From the human T2T-CHM13v2.0 reference genome, Homo sapiens: 64,000 nt of DNA. Shown piece by piece: positions 1 to 34,100 of the stretch. The notes under the pieces are model-generated. The model made no database searches. It saw only the letters and a program-made list of their open reading frames with translations, and had not been told where the DNA came from. Made by a program: the position numbers and the translations under genes. Each line of letters begins with the position of its first letter. Within the stretch, counting starts at the first letter, position 1. The DNA lies in NCBI RefSeq assembly GCF_009914755.1, contig NC_060929.1; one strand, given 5' to 3'.

Positions 1-640
1 TTTTTAAGAGTCACTGATTAAAAACAAACAGTCCTAAGTGTATTAGGGAGATGCCATTTATTTGTGAATCAAAAACTTTTCTCAGTCTCTTAAATTATGG
101 TTTTCCTGTAATAAGAATGATTTATATTTTTAGTGAAAAGTTGTTTTCCTTTCAAATACAGACTTTTTAAAAAGACTTAGTTTGAGTAAGTACCTTTTCA
201 TTTGATGCTTTTCTTGTGCCTAACCTTAGGAAATCCAGAATAGTATTTGACAGAAATTATGTTTTCAACTTGCCTTTGACATCTGTCCCACTGCATTTTG
301 CTTTAAAATTCTTTATTTAACAATAAATTATCTAAAAAAATAACAGTAGCAAAGCAAAAAGTACTCATCTTTAAAGACAGACTCGACGGAGGGACCGGAA
401 ATCAGAAAAACATCAGGGTTGTTTAGGAATTGCAGGTGCAGGAGGAGAGAACAGGAGTGGGGCGGGCTGGGGGCAATGAGAGAGCAAGAAGAAAAGAAAA
501 ATAAAAAGAGAAGGAGAAGAAAGAAATGGGCTTTTGCTGGGTGCAGGCAGTGACATTTCTCAGGACCCCTTATTTCTCCCTGTGCCTTCCGGAGGGAGCA
601 GCCCAAGGCTCCTGGGAGGACAAGCAGCACGTGCCCGCCG

Positions 641-848
641 GCAGAGCTCAGCTCCAGCTGGAGGACCCCTTTGTGGTCCTTGCGCACACTGGGTTTTCCT
701 TCTTCCCCAAATATCCGACGCGTCCAGTCCCTTACTCCTTCCCCAGGCAAAACCTCCTCACCAGGAACAACCTGAAATCAATTTACACTGTAATCAAAAT
801 AGCAGAGGGTGGAAAGTGTTTCCTTCGAGGAGGGGACTTACGCTTCAA
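641..848 (+). other. Candidate non-coding upstream exon of BTNL9 (boundaries tentative)
   Basis: Donor-like AA|GTAAGG at 849 after a mildly CpG-enriched stretch. The first coding exon starts with a splice acceptor, so an upstream exon must exist, but it could lie left of the window. The start coordinate is a guess. Confidence 0.25.
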
Positions 849-1565
849 GTAAGGATTGAGCACCCTGGATCCTTAACTGAAGAGTGAGGTCAGAAAGGGC
901 GGACGCACAGCAGCAAACGGGGAGGAGGGTGCTGTCCAGGAGCCGCTGACTTTTCCCTTCAGGAAGCTGCCAGACCATCTCTCTCTGCTAAAGGCTTTCA
1001 AGATGATACCCTTGAGTGTTGGGAGCAAAGGGACCAGGTACCTGTTCCTCCTGGCTCAGAAGATGCTCTTGACAAAGTCTTAGGGAGACCTCAGCTTTAA
1101 GTTGTTTTATCTGGCAGCGGGATTTTAAATTTTGTATTCATTAGTTGGCTGGTTGGCTGGTTTTGTGGCTGGCACCGTGTGAGCCGGTCGCTTCTTCAGT
1201 GCCTCTGTGTGATGGCAGGTTAGGGTGAGTGTTTGGTCTGTGGCCAGCTGGTTCCTGAGACGGTCATGGTTTTGGGTAACAGGAGTGACGGAAGGGTGTA
1301 CCCAGACACACGACGTAGCTGGTGAGGAATCTGAATTCGAGAAGTGCAGAGCGAGGCTCTGGAACCAGACAGTGGGTGGAACCCCACCCCACCACTCACC
1401 CACTGTGTGCAGGAGCAAGTCACTCAGCTCCTGGGCCTCCGTTTCCTTATCTATAATTTGGACCTATTAGTAATAATAATAATAAAAATAATAATACTGA
1501 GGTATAGATAAGTGCTTGATAGATAGGAAGTACCCAATGCATGTTAGTTTTATTACTGTCAGCAC

Positions 1566-1693
1566 GTGTGTGTGTGTGTATGTGTCTGTGTGTGTGCATC
1601 TGTGTGTGTGTCTATGTGTGTGTCTGTGTGTGTGTGCATGGGTGTGTCTGTGTGTGTGTGCATGTGTGTGTGTCTGTGTGTGTGTGTGTGTGT
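1566..1693. repeat. Interrupted (TG)n microsatellite
   Basis: Direct reading: tgtgtg runs interrupted by tc/ta/ca. Confidence 0.95.
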
Positions 1694-1784
1694 CTACAAT
1701 CCTCCTCCCCTGAAGATTCCATGATGGGAATCACACGGGTGTATCACAACAGAGAACTGAGGTCCCTCTAGCACTTCCACGGTT

Positions 1785-1866
1785 CTGGAACATCCTGCCC
1801 CAATCCCCTGTCCCCAGGAGGTGGCAGCCTGCCCCCAGTCCAGGGAAATTGGAGTGAGTGCTCCTT
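1785..1866 (-). ncRNA. MIR8089: miRNA precursor hsa-mir-8089 (weakly supported miRNA annotation)
   Basis: Reverse complement reads AAGGAGCACTCACTCCAATTTCCCTGGACTGGGGGCAGGCTGCCACCTCCTGGGGACAGGGGATTGGGGCAGGATGTTCCAG (82 nt). This matches my recall of mir-8089 (mature CCUGGGGACAGGGGAUUGGGGCAG), which lies in BTNL9 intron 1. Confidence 0.7.
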
Positions 1867-3865
1867 CTGTGAGAAGGCCAGCTGTGGGACCTGTCTCGCG
1901 CCCCATTACCACCTTATGAGCAGACCTGTGTCACAACCTAACACAACCTCGACTAATTCCCCAGAACCCAACCCATCTGAATGGATGCATAAACACACCC
2001 TGAGCCCCTCTTGGTTTTGGAAGTTACTAGCTGAACACTGACGTGCCCCTCCTGGTTTTGCTGTCATGGAGCTCTAACCTGTGTCTAGAATCCAGAAGAA
2101 AAGACTGAAGTATAAAGGAAAAGAGAAGGGAACAGAAGAGAGGGTGAGAAGGTGCACAACCAGTGTAGACCCCTTTGCTGGAACCCTTCCTTGCCAGCTT
2201 CCCCACCTGTCGCAGAGAGGCTTCCACCAGTAGCCACAGAGGGTGAGAGTCTGGACTGTCCAGCCAGGGCCTGGACCCTGCCCGAGGCCTCTGCCCATGC
2301 TGGTTATTGTGTGAATCGTGTTCCAATAACTGAGAGGTGTCAACACGGCCCCGCTTCGGGGGGACCCCACCTCCTGTCCTTGAACCTTCTTGAAACACAC
2401 CTGGAGCTGTCCCAACCTGTCCTCTGTTTGTCCCCTCAATTTTAGCTCTAGGAGACAGGGCCATCAGCCCATGCGCCTCACAGGCCACCCCTCTTCCCTT
2501 GTATTCCTGCCTGTCTGGGTGCCTCCTAGCCTAAGGGTCCCTGGGGAGCCTCTACCACCTCATTAACTCACCCTGCACACCTCCTCTGATCCTTCTGCCT
2601 CTGCATGGCCCAGCAGCTTTGAAAGTCCTTCCTTCACACCTGCTGATGGTGTTGCTGACAGTGTGGCCAGTGCCCTGTGGCCACAGGACACCGGAAACAC
2701 CTGCCATGCCAAGGTCTCGGAAGAAAAGCCAAGCCGTGGGGGCCGACGGGGAGACAGAGAGGGTTGGAGAGAGGAGCCCACCGTGGCCTTCCAACAAGGG
2801 CACTGTGATGAAGTGAAAGGCAAGGGGTGCAGTCCCAGGACGAAGACAGTGCGTGGGCGTTGGGAAGGCAGGGGGAAGGGAGGTGCTGACTTTGATTTCA
2901 AGAGCTCCTAGCAACCCATGGGAGTGGGCATTGGTTTCTTCCATGGTTCAGGCAGAGATTTCGGTCCAGCCAATGACAGAATCTGCCTAAAATCTTGCAG
3001 AACTAAATGCAAGAGAAATATGGAGAGTTTTGTGTATCTCCAGAGACTCATTGGCAGCAGCACACTCTCTGGCCGTGAGTCATTAGTGGGTCCCAAGGGA
3101 GCAGAGCATCAGGAGTGAGGGGGTAGCCCTTGTCTGGGCCAGGTCTGGGCCTCCTGGGTCATAGATGAGGAAGGGGTGGCTAGATGGGATGACTCCATCA
3201 CTGTAGCCCCGAAGATGCTATCGACACAGAGACAGTTACCAGCTGGCCTCCTGAAGGCACAACTTGAGGTCCCAGGCCTGGAGGAGAGTGTCCTAGGATG
3301 TCGTTGGGGCTGGCAGGCAGCCACCTGCATGCACTCCACTTCTGAGAGAGCAGAACTCTGTGTTTGTTCCTCTGTTTTGCGGACTCGATGTTCCAGACCA
3401 AAGGGAAGTGGGACGAAGGTTGGGTTGGTGGTGGTGAGGCAGGAAGAATGAAAATGCATCTGAGATCTTCAGAGATTGCCCTTTGTTTGAGGAAAGTCGC
3501 TAAGCCCAGAAAAGGGGGGGCGCTGAGCCCCCACACATTGTGTGGCTCTATTCCTGGCTCTAAACAATAAGCAGCACAGAAGCTGCTTCCTCTGGGATCC
3601 TTCAGCCTCGTCCCCTTGCAGCTCTGTGAACCTGGGCAAGGCCACGGATGCCATTAACAGTGTCCCCTGGGAAAATTAGAAGCAGCTCTCCCCTCTGGCC
3701 ATGGAAGAAGCCAAGCGCTGAGGCTTGTAAGGAATTTGAGAACTAGACAAAAATAACTGAGGCCACAACAGACTTCAGGTCTGATGGAGTGAGTTCCAGC
3801 TCCCCCTACCTTTGCACGTCGCTCCAGCACCCCTTTGTCCCTCTCCAGGTGGCCCCCACTGCTGA

Positions 3866-23097
<19,232 letters not shown>

Positions 23098-24094
23098 GGC
23101 GCCCTCGTGGCCGCGGGACTGGCCCCGGGGGGGCCCCCTGGATCCCAGGCCAGCGCTTTGCTCTCCTGCTCCGTCTGAAGGGAGCAGGTGCACCAGCCAA
23201 AATGTCAGCGAGGGGGACAAAGAGAGGGACCTTTGCCTACGTAGATGTGTATGTGTAGTGCGATTTTCTTCAAGGAAAGGAGACAAGTCCAAAGCTCGTT
23301 TGTGGATTGTGGGACTGAGCAAAGGAGTACAAATATATCCACGTCGCTCAGAGCTGGGGTGCTCACGGTGGGTGGTGGGAAAGAAGCCAGCATGGAAGAA
23401 AGAAGGGAGAAAACTTTGGTGACTGCCTTAGAGGGATCAGTTAATTTGTATAGTTTTATATTTTTTGTATATGTTTGCTAGCTCTAAAAAGGTCGAGATG
23501 CAATAACACTTCGTAAGCAACGAGTTCACCTAAGTAAGGCTCAGATCCTAGTTTTAAAAACCATTTCCCATTAAAATGAAGTTGGAGGAACAGCTGCTTC
23601 TGGAGCCGGGGCAAAAATTTCAAGGTGAGCCTGGAGCATTGTGTGTGGTGAAGTAAAATAAAGGCTCAAAACGTGACGGCAACCCGGCAAAAGGGTAGGG
23701 AGCCAGGCCGAAGGGGCCTCACTGACCAATTGTGGGACAATTTGAACATCAGGATGAATAATGACAGGAGAGATTATAACACACTGAATAAAAACATAAT
23801 CCATGAGTTCATGCTGATACTCAAATTTCTTTTTAAAAAGGAGAAACAGGAAGGTTTCTTTTGGAGGTGAAATCTAATTATTGGTGAGAGTCTTGGAGAA
23901 CAGGCTGTTTCCAGTCTCAAAGCAGTAACCTTATACACTACTTATAAGTTTGAAAGGGGAAAGGTTACCTTTACAATGGAGACATCTACCAGATCATCCA
24001 AGTGATTAAATTTAACATCATCAATGATGGGACCAAGGACATTATTAGTTTGACAACTGGGGAAAGAAGTGTTCTTCACCCCCTACCCCCAAGA

Positions 24095-24318
24095 CATTCT
24101 CTCTGTCGGCCAGGCTGGAGTGCAGCCTCAACCTCCTGGGCCCAAGTGATCCTCCCACCTCAGCACACAACACCATGCCCAGCTAATTTTAAGTGCGTTA
24201 TAGAGACGGGGGTCTCACTTTGTTACCCAGGCTGGTCTCAAACTCCTGCGCTCAAGCAATCCTCCCACCTGGGCCTCCCAAAATGCTGGGTGTACAGGCA
24301 TGAGCCGCTGTGCCCGGC
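24095..24318 (-). mobile_element. Antisense Alu (J-like, internally deleted) in the BTNL9 3'UTR
   Basis: CAGGCTGGAGTGCAG...GGCCTCCCAAAATGCTGGG...GAGCCGCTGTGCCCGGC. Confidence 0.85.
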
Positions 24319-24734
24319 TTCATTTTCAGAGTGAGACATTTGTACTGTGGCTATGTAGGAGAACATTCTTGTTCTTAGCAAACATACTGAAGTTTTTAGA
24401 TATTAATTACCACAGTGTCTGCCACTGAATTTCCAGTGACTAAGTGGAAAAATATAAAACATATGAATATAAAGAAAGAAAGAGACAAGTCAAATGTAGC
24501 AAAATGACAACACTTGGTGACTCTAGGTGACTGGTCGACAGATGTTCATTGTACTATCAATGTGGCTTTGCTGTGGGTTTGAAATTTTGCAAACTAAGAG
24601 TTGGGTGGCGGGGAGAAGGATACACCAAAAAACTAAGTGATTATCTTTGGATGGGAAAATGTTTGGTAATTGCATTCTTAAAATGTCTTCTTTGTATTTT
24701 TTAATGTTCAATAATGTATATGTATCAGTTCTGT

Positions 24735-24740
24735 AATAAA
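24735..24740 (+). terminator. Likely BTNL9 polyadenylation signal AATAAA
   Basis: AATAAA preceded by TGTA motifs and followed by a T-rich tract, ~1.6 kb after the stop. Other AATAAA hexamers occur near 23658 and 23787. Confidence 0.55.
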
Positions 24741-26463
24741 GGGGAAAACACTTTTTTTAAATACTCATATTCAAAATCATTCATTTGAAAGGAGCTATAA
24801 TGAAACTGCTGGACGATCTCCTAGGCCATTGTTTCAGAGTAAGTAAATATGGCTCTCATCCCCTTCCCCTTAATCCAGGCAGAGCTTTCCTTGCCCGTCT
24901 TGTTTGAAAGGGGGAATGAGGAAGGGAGACTGGTCCGCAGCCAAGCTTTCTAACTGGTCTTTCCTCCTTCTTCCCTCTTTCCCTCTCCTTTTCTTTTCCT
25001 CTTCATGGGGACTGAGATTTCTACTAGGGCCTTTAGCACCAGGATGGGAACGGATGGGGCAGGGACACCTCTGGGATGAGCTTTCGCCCCACAGGCCCGG
25101 GAGTTCGGTTACGTACCAGAGGGAGGTGGCACAAATAAAAAAATTCACTAAGTGGCGCTGAGAGTCGGGAATTCACTAAGTGTGCTGAGAGTCGGGTTTC
25201 GCTGTCAGTGAAGGGAAATACGAAATACGGAAAGGGGAAAGGAGAGGATGAGGGTGACTCTGAGGTGGACTGGAATGAGATGTATCAATGTGAATGCGTG
25301 GGTTTTAATGCATGTAGAGAGATGGAATGCACGCACACACGTGGACAGATACACAGATATGTGTGGGTGCATGCAGATCGTTCCCAGCTCTGTCTTGTTT
25401 GAAGGCTTAGCAACAATAACACCCCAGTACCAACGGGCACACCGAGACCCAGAACTTAGTTTTTAGTACGATTTTCAGTAAAAGGAATAAAGTCTCCTTG
25501 GAGAAATGGTTGAGTCCAAGGCTGGGGCAGGGAAAATACAAGGAGAGCCTACAATATCCTACACCAGAAAATAAGGAAGTAGGTTGCACAGAAGAGCCAT
25601 GTCGAATGGATTTAGACGTCAGAATGGATTTTGAACCCCTGAATCAAATAGGAATCCATATGTATATTTCCCCACTGATATACATACATACATACATACA
25701 TACATAAACAAATTCATGGAGAGAAGAGAAAGCTCTGCCCTACAATAGGAGTCTGAAAATATTACTTCTTAACTCATAAGTACAAAACACGTACCAATTA
25801 ACTTTACAGTGGAGGAGGCTGGCAGGCGCCACCTTAGCCAAATGACAAAAGTTAACATCACCAGATGCGAAAACAGTTTACATCACATTCTTCCTGATAC
25901 AATGCAGAATACAAACGGCATCACTTTTGAGGTATTCCTGCACCCAAAAATGCATAAATCAGGAGGAAACATCACAGAAACTGACTGGTACTCTTCAACA
26001 ATGTCAAGGTCATGAAAGACGGGACAACACTAAGGAACTGCTTCAGACTAAAGGAAACAGGACAACTAAATGCAACAGGTGACCCTGGATGGGATCCTGG
26101 ATCTATAAAAAACATCACTGGGCCAGACAAATTGGCTCAGGCCTGTAATCCCAGCACTTTCGGAGGCTAAGGTGGAATGATTGCTCGAGTCCGGCGGGGG
26201 GAGATTATTGGGGGAAAAAAGGGCATTTTGAAAGAGGTGTGTGGATTAGATAATAATATTGGATAAATGTTAATTTCCTCATTTTGATGTAGAAGAATGC
26301 TTTTAAGAAAATGCACACTTACATATTAAGGGGTAAAGGATTATGATGTTTATACCTTATTTTCAAATGGTTCATTAAGACATATAGTAATATAAACAAA
26401 AGAGAGAGAGAATGATAAAGAAATGCAGTGGTGTCTGATAAATGTTTAATAACTGGCTTTCTA

Positions 26464-26820
<357 letters not shown>

Positions 26821-26873
26821 CTATGGTTGATTTCAAGCTAAAGATGTGACACCACTGAGGGCAGACTGGGAAG

Positions 26874-27857
<984 letters not shown>

Positions 27858-28286
27858 GGAAGAGACACCCATGATCAGCTCTCATGAGATGCCAGCTCCA
27901 GAGACCATTGTTTGTGCAATTCTAGAGGGAGATTGTAATTTGTTTCTCCATCAAGTCAGATAAGTGCATTTTAAGCTTATGAAAATATTCTTGGTCACCT
28001 GTTGGGAGAAAGCTATTCCCCTTAATTAACACATGATATTCAGAAAATGGAAGTTTTTTTTTCTAGAGTCATTTGCATTAGTGTGAGAATATTTAGGGTT
28101 CTTACTCATGAATGTTTTTGTGATAACATTAAAAATATGTTCCCTCTCCATCTGTAGCTATTATTCCTTTAAGACTGTATTTATGTGATAAATAAGAAAA
28201 GCAAACATACAGCTAATATAAAAAACAATGCTAAACTGTGTTTAAATAATCAGTGGACACCATCAGCCCACTTTAAATGATGGGCA

Positions 28287-28943
28287 GGCTGTTTTCCAGT
28301 GCAGGAGGGCTGTAGGCAGCCAGGGGCCCCAGCTGGAGTGGCATTAAGTTCAAACCCCTCTCTCACAAGGGCTGACAGCGGCACACAACCATGTGGCTCA
28401 ACCAGCCAGCCAAAGATCCCGTCACCCCGACCCCCGTTCCTGGGCCCATCCAGCCCATAGTAAGGTGTCTCGTGGTAAGGCATCATACCAAAGTAGGCAG
28501 GGTCTGCAGCTTGGAGGAGCTAAGGGTAGCTGGCATTCACAAGAAGCTGGGCCAAACCATTGGCATCTCTGTGGAGCCAAGATGACAGAACAAGTCCACT
28601 GAGTCCCGCAGGCCAATGCACGGCACCTAAAGGTGCATGGAACCAAACTCATCCTCTCCCCAGGAAGCCCTTGGCCCCCAAGAAGAGAGACAGTTCAGCA
28701 GAACTGAAATTGGCCACCAGATTGACCAGACCCGTTATGCCCATCAGGAATGTCTACAGGAAGGAGAAAGCCTAAATCATCACCGAGGAGGAGAACTTCA
28801 AAGCCTTTGCCCCAAAGCCTTTGCTAGTCTCCACATGGCCTGTGCCAACACCTGGCTCTTCGGCATATGGAGAGCTGATGCAAGCTGCAGAACAGGATGT
28901 TGAAAAGAGAAAATAAATACCCTCCGGGGACTTAAAAAAAAAA
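28287..28943 (+). pseudogene. Processed pseudogene of ribosomal protein L13 (RPL13/eL13)
   Basis: Intronless. Fragments [60 protein letters not shown] and AEQDVEKRK* match RPL13. Start ATG->AGG, frameshifts and stops; retains 5'UTR-like GGCTGTTTTCC and a short A tail at ~28934-28943. Confidence 0.93.
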
Positions 28944-29307
28944 GGGGGTGGGAGGGTCCAATACCCAGCCTTAAACTGAGAGAGACCTGAGACATTCAGG
29001 TATACATTTTGTGAACCATGAAGGCCCCGGGAGAGGCTGCCCAGAAGGCTGGAGCATGCAGAGTAAAAACCCACGTTTCCCTCCTGCAAGCGGCCCCATG
29101 CAAGTGTATACAAATAGCACATGGTGGATGTCCTTCTCCCTGTCATTCACATTTTCCATGCAGCTAACCCTCAAAAGTAGGAAAAGGGTGATTGCAGCAC
29201 TTTCGTGTGTATCTCCGTCCAGTGTACAGAATACACCAGTGCTGAACCTGGTTGGGAGGCTTCTGCTGCTTGAGGGCGCCTGAGGATGGGAAGCTCTTTG
29301 GTGGTAG

Positions 29308-29905
29308 TGTTATGGGATCTCTGGGGTGTTGATTTTGCTGGTGTATCTCCTGGAAACCTCTGTGGCTGTGGCACTTTGCCCAAATTCTTGTTCTTTTCCT
29401 GTATCATACGCAGACAAGTGAGGGGTGAAGAAGAGTTTTATTTAGTGTTCGAACAGCTCAGAGGAGTGAGTAGCTCCTCACTGTAGGCTGGTTGCCCATG
29501 GAGTGTTCAGTCCTCGGCAGAAAGGAGGCCCTGAAGAGGGTAGCTCCTCTCCACAGGCAAGTCATTTGGATGTCTCTACAGGTCTCTGAAGCTCTCACAG
29601 CAGAGAAAATACGTCCTCTCTGCCGGCAGATCTCCGAAGCTTTCAGTGGAGAGAGTACTATTCTCTCTCCAGCTGGTCGTCTGTACACTCGTCTCTCTGC
29701 CCTCTTTGTTTTGTGGTCCTTCTCTGGCCTGCTCTGGCTGGTCTCGGGACTTTTATAGGCCTTAGAGGGGAGGAAGTGCATGCCGATTGGTCCATGGGTG
29801 GCCATAGGCGGGTCCAGAAGAGGCACCACGAGTCCCCACTCAGGTCCGCAGGACTGGCAGCCCAGCCTTCAAGGCCCTCCCTGGCCTGAAAGTGGGACCT
29901 TTCCA
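29308..29905 (-). mobile_element. ERV1 LTR of MER52/LTR27/LTR28 type, left part (right end truncated)
   Basis: Begins TGTTATGGGATCTCTGGGGTG; GTAGCTCCTCTC repeats; GAGGGGAGGAAGTGCATGCCGATTGG motif. Confidence 0.75.
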
Positions 29906-32900
29906 CAAAAAGATATGTAACATTTTCAATTTTCTATGTCATCTGTAAATTGTTACAACAAATCCAGGTAGACTGAAGTATATGGAGACTGCATAGTGTG
30001 AATTCTAAAGTTAAGAAAAAAACAATAAAATAAAATGCCAAAAGATGAAGATTTATACTGAAAAAATCAATAGAGGTGATAAAATAAAATACCAAACAAT
30101 TTTGATTAGTCCAATAGGATGCAAATAGGAGGAATTGTGTTTTTTGAAAAGGGTACAGATACGTAGAAAACAAAAAGCAAATGTTAGATTTAAATCTTAC
30201 CAGAGAGATAGCTATAATGACTACAAACAGAATAAACACTTCTATTAAAAAGAAGAGATTGACAGACAACTCACTTTAAAAATAAAGAATTGATAGGGCA
30301 GTAAAGTAATAGACAAAAATACACCTTGCAAAAAGATATTCCATGTGCATGGATACACAAAGATAGCAGGGTTAGCTATACTTGTATCAGACAAAATAGT
30401 CTTTAGGTCAAAAATTGTAAAAAGAGATTAAGAAAGTCATTATGTAATAATATTTCAATATTAAGAGGATATAACAATTATAAATATATATGCGCCCAAA
30501 ACTAGAGCACCTAAATATATAAAGCAAATTTAAAATAATTTAAAGGGAGAGATAAACTAAAATGCAATTGTAGGAGATGACTTTAATACTTTTTTTTTTA
30601 CTTTTTGTTTAGAAACAGGGTTTTGCTCTGTTGCCTGGGCTGGAGTGAAGTCACACAATCATAGCTCACTGTAACCTTGAATTCCTGAGCTCAAGCAATC
30701 CTCCTGCCTCCAGCCTCCTAAGTAGCTAGGACTACAGGCGTGTGCCACCACCATGCCTGGCAATTTTTTTTTTTTTTTTTTTTTTGGTAGAGACAGGGTC
30801 TAGTATGTTGTGCAGGCTGGTCAACTTGAACTCCTGGCCTCAAGCAATCCTCCCTCCTAGACTTCCCAAAGTATTGGGATTACAGGTGTGAACCGCCAGC
30901 ATGAGCCTGGCCAATATTTCACTTTCAACAAGGAATAGAACATCCAGACAGAAAATCAAAAAGGAAACATTGGCCTTCAAACCAAGTAGACCTCATAGAT
31001 GTATACAGAACATTTCATCCAACAGCAACAGAATACACATGCTTTTCTGGAGCACATGGAACATTGTGCAGGATAGATTCTATGTTACAGCACAACATAA
31101 GAAGACTGAAATTATATCAAGTGTCTGTTCTAATCACAATGGTATGAAACTAGAAAATAACAACAGGAGAAATCTTGCAAAATGCACAAATATGTGGAAA
31201 TTAAACAACCTGCTCCTGAATAACAATGAGCCAAAGAAGAAATCACAGAGAAAACAAAAAATATCTTGGGACAAATAAAAATGAAAATATAACACAATAT
31301 GAAAATGGAAAAATCACAAGAAGCAACCTAACTTTACATCTCAAGCAACTAGGGAAAGAACAAACTAAAACCCCAAGTGAGCAGAATAAAAGAAACAATA
31401 AAGATCAGTGCAGAAATAAGTGAAATTGAGACTAGAAAACAGCAGAAAAAAATCAATACACAATTGAGAACTGGATTTTTTGAAAAGATAAGCAAAATTC
31501 ACAAACCTTTCCCTAAACTATAAAAAAAGACAGAAGACTCAAATAAAACCAGAAATGAAAGAGGAAACATTACAACTGATACCACAGAAGTAAAAAAAAG
31601 ATCATAAAAAGCTACTATGAACAGCAACCAATCAGATAATCTAGAAGAAATGGATAAATTCCTAGCAACATATAATATACCAAGTATGAATCATTAAGAA
31701 ATAGAAAATACAGGCTGGGCATGGTGGCTCATGCCTGTAATTCCAGCAACTTTGGAAGGCCAAGGTGAGCGGATCACTTGAGGCCAGAAGTTCAAGACCA
31801 GCCTGACCAACATGGCAAAACCTCATCTCTACTAAAAATACAAAAATTAGCCGGTTTCAGGGCATATGCCCTAATCCCAGCTTCTCGAGAGGCCAAGGAA
31901 TGAGAATTGCTTGAACCCGGGAGGCAGAGGTTGCATAGCCAAGATTGTGCCACTGCACTCCAGCTTGGGCAACAGAGCAAGACTCTGTCTCAGAAAGAAA
32001 GAAAGGAAATAAGGAAAGGAAGGAATGAGAGGAAGGAAAGGAAGAAAGGAAGAAAGAAAATGTAAAAAGTATAAGTAAGGAGATAAAATAAAAAGTCTCC
32101 CACCAAAGACAAGCTTAAAAACTGATGGCTTCACTGATGAATTCTACAACAGTTAAAGAGAATACCAGTATCTCTGAAGATCTTCCAAAAAATTGAAATG
32201 GAAATAGAATTTCCAAACTGACTTCATGAGACCAGCATTACTCTAATACCAAAGCCAGACAAAAACACTATTAAAAAAACTACAGGCCAATATCTCCAAT
32301 GAACATAGATGCACCAATTCTCAATAAATACTAGCAAAACCAAACTCGACAACACATCATAAACATCATATGAACAAGTGGGAATTATCCCTGGGATGGA
32401 CAAAGCAATGCATATGATACCCCACATTAACAAAATGAACGATAAAAACCACATGGCTATCTCCGTTGATGCATAAAAACTATTTGACAAAATTTAACAT
32501 TCATGTTTTCTTCAAAAAAGCTCTCAACAAAATTGGTACAGAAGAAAACTTCCTAAATACAGAAAGGTCATTCATGAAAAGCCCACAGCTAGTACCATAA
32601 TGAGGAAATACTGAAATATTTTACTCTAAGATCGAGTGCAAAGCAAAGATGCCCCCCTCTCACCACTTCAACACACAACTGACAGTAATAGCAAGAGCAA
32701 TCAGAAAAGAAAAAGAAAAACATTTGAGGTAGCAAAGAAAAACTAAATTATCCCTATTTGCAGAAAGCATTATTTTATATGTAGACAACCTTAAAAACGC
32801 TAATTAAAAAAAGTTAAAACCAATGAATTCCATAACGTTGCAGGATAAAAAAAACCAACATACAAAAAGCAATAAGCATTTCCATATATTTAACAAACTA

Positions 32901-33060
32901 TCTGCAAAAGAAATCAAGAAAACACCACTTTCAATAGCATCAAAAAAATTTAAATACTTAAAAATAAACTTAACCCAGAAAAACGAAGTATCTGCACACT
33001 GACAACTCTAATACATTAAGGAAATAAATTGAAGACACAAGTAAAAAGATATCCCACGGA
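29906..33060 (+). mobile_element. Old L1 ORF2 segment (endonuclease to RT), interrupted by Alus (~30590-30912 antisense, ~31713-32050 sense)
   Basis: A-rich; decayed ORF2 peptides such as EIISSVCSNHNGMKLE..TNMWKLNNLLLNN; AAACTACAGGCCAATATCTC RT-region motif. Confidence 0.85.
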
Positions 33061-33065
33061 CATCA

Positions 33066-34100
33066 TGACAAGTGAAGTGTGAAAAAGAGTTTTATTTAGT
33101 GTTAGAGCAGCTCCGAGGAGTGGGTAGCTGCTCACTGCAGGCTGGCTACCCGTGGAGTGCTCAGCTCTCAGCAGAAAAGAGGTCCTGCAGAGGTTAACTC
33201 CTCTCCACAGGTAAGTCATTCAGGTATCTCTGCAGGTCTCCGAAGCTCTAAGCAAAGACAGTAGCTCCTCTCTGCCGGCAAGTCCCTGCATCTCGCAGTG
33301 GAGCGAGTACCCTTCTCTTTCCAGCTATTGGTCTGTCCAGCAGCCTCTCCGCCGTCCTCTCTGGCTGGTCGTTCTCCTGCCGAGTCCGCCTGGTCCCGGG
33401 ACTTTTATAGGCCTCAGGCGGGGAGGAAGTGCATGCCGATTGGCCCATGCGTGGCCATGGGCGGGTCCAGAAGAGGCACCACGAGTCTCCACTCAGGTCC
33501 GCAGGACTGGCAGCCCAGCCTTCAAGGCCCGCCCTGACCTGAAAGAGGGACCTTTACTGGGGACCTTCCCCCTTCCGCCAAGGACTCCGTCTGCCTCCTG
33601 TGGTCATTCAAGGCCCCCAGGGCTCGGCCCCAAATCCGATCCAAGATCGGAGCAGTTGCCAGGAGTGGAGAAAAGCCAGGTAGTGGGAGCAGACGCCCCA
33701 GAGCCTACAGGGACAGAAGTGGGGGAAGGGAGGGGTCCTTTCTGGGGCCCCCGAGGGTGCAGGCTGCAGAGATGCCCGGGTCCTGCAGGTAAGAAGGCAG
33801 CTGCAGCGCCTAGGAGGGCAGACGCAGCCACACCCCTGAAGGCAGACCCTGTCTGCTCCCAGCCCTCCCCCAAGAGCACAGAGGGGGCTCGGATCCACAG
33901 GTGCAGTTTGGGCTGCTATGGCCCCGGCCCTCCCGCCTGCTCCGTACAACAGGAGGCCTGGTTCTGCGTCTGCAGTTTGGGCGCCTGGAGCTCCAGTCCC
34001 AACTCAGAAGGGACAGGGCTCCCACCAGCTCCCTGGAGCGTGCAGCTCCAGCCGTGCCTCCCTGCTGTAGCCGGCATACTGGCAGCAGCCACTGCCATCA
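33066..34100 (-). mobile_element. ERV1 LTR of MER52/LTR27/LTR28 type, right part (left ~100 bp missing)
   Basis: Homologous to 29413-29905, then continues to the terminus CACTGCCATCA. Confidence 0.75.
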
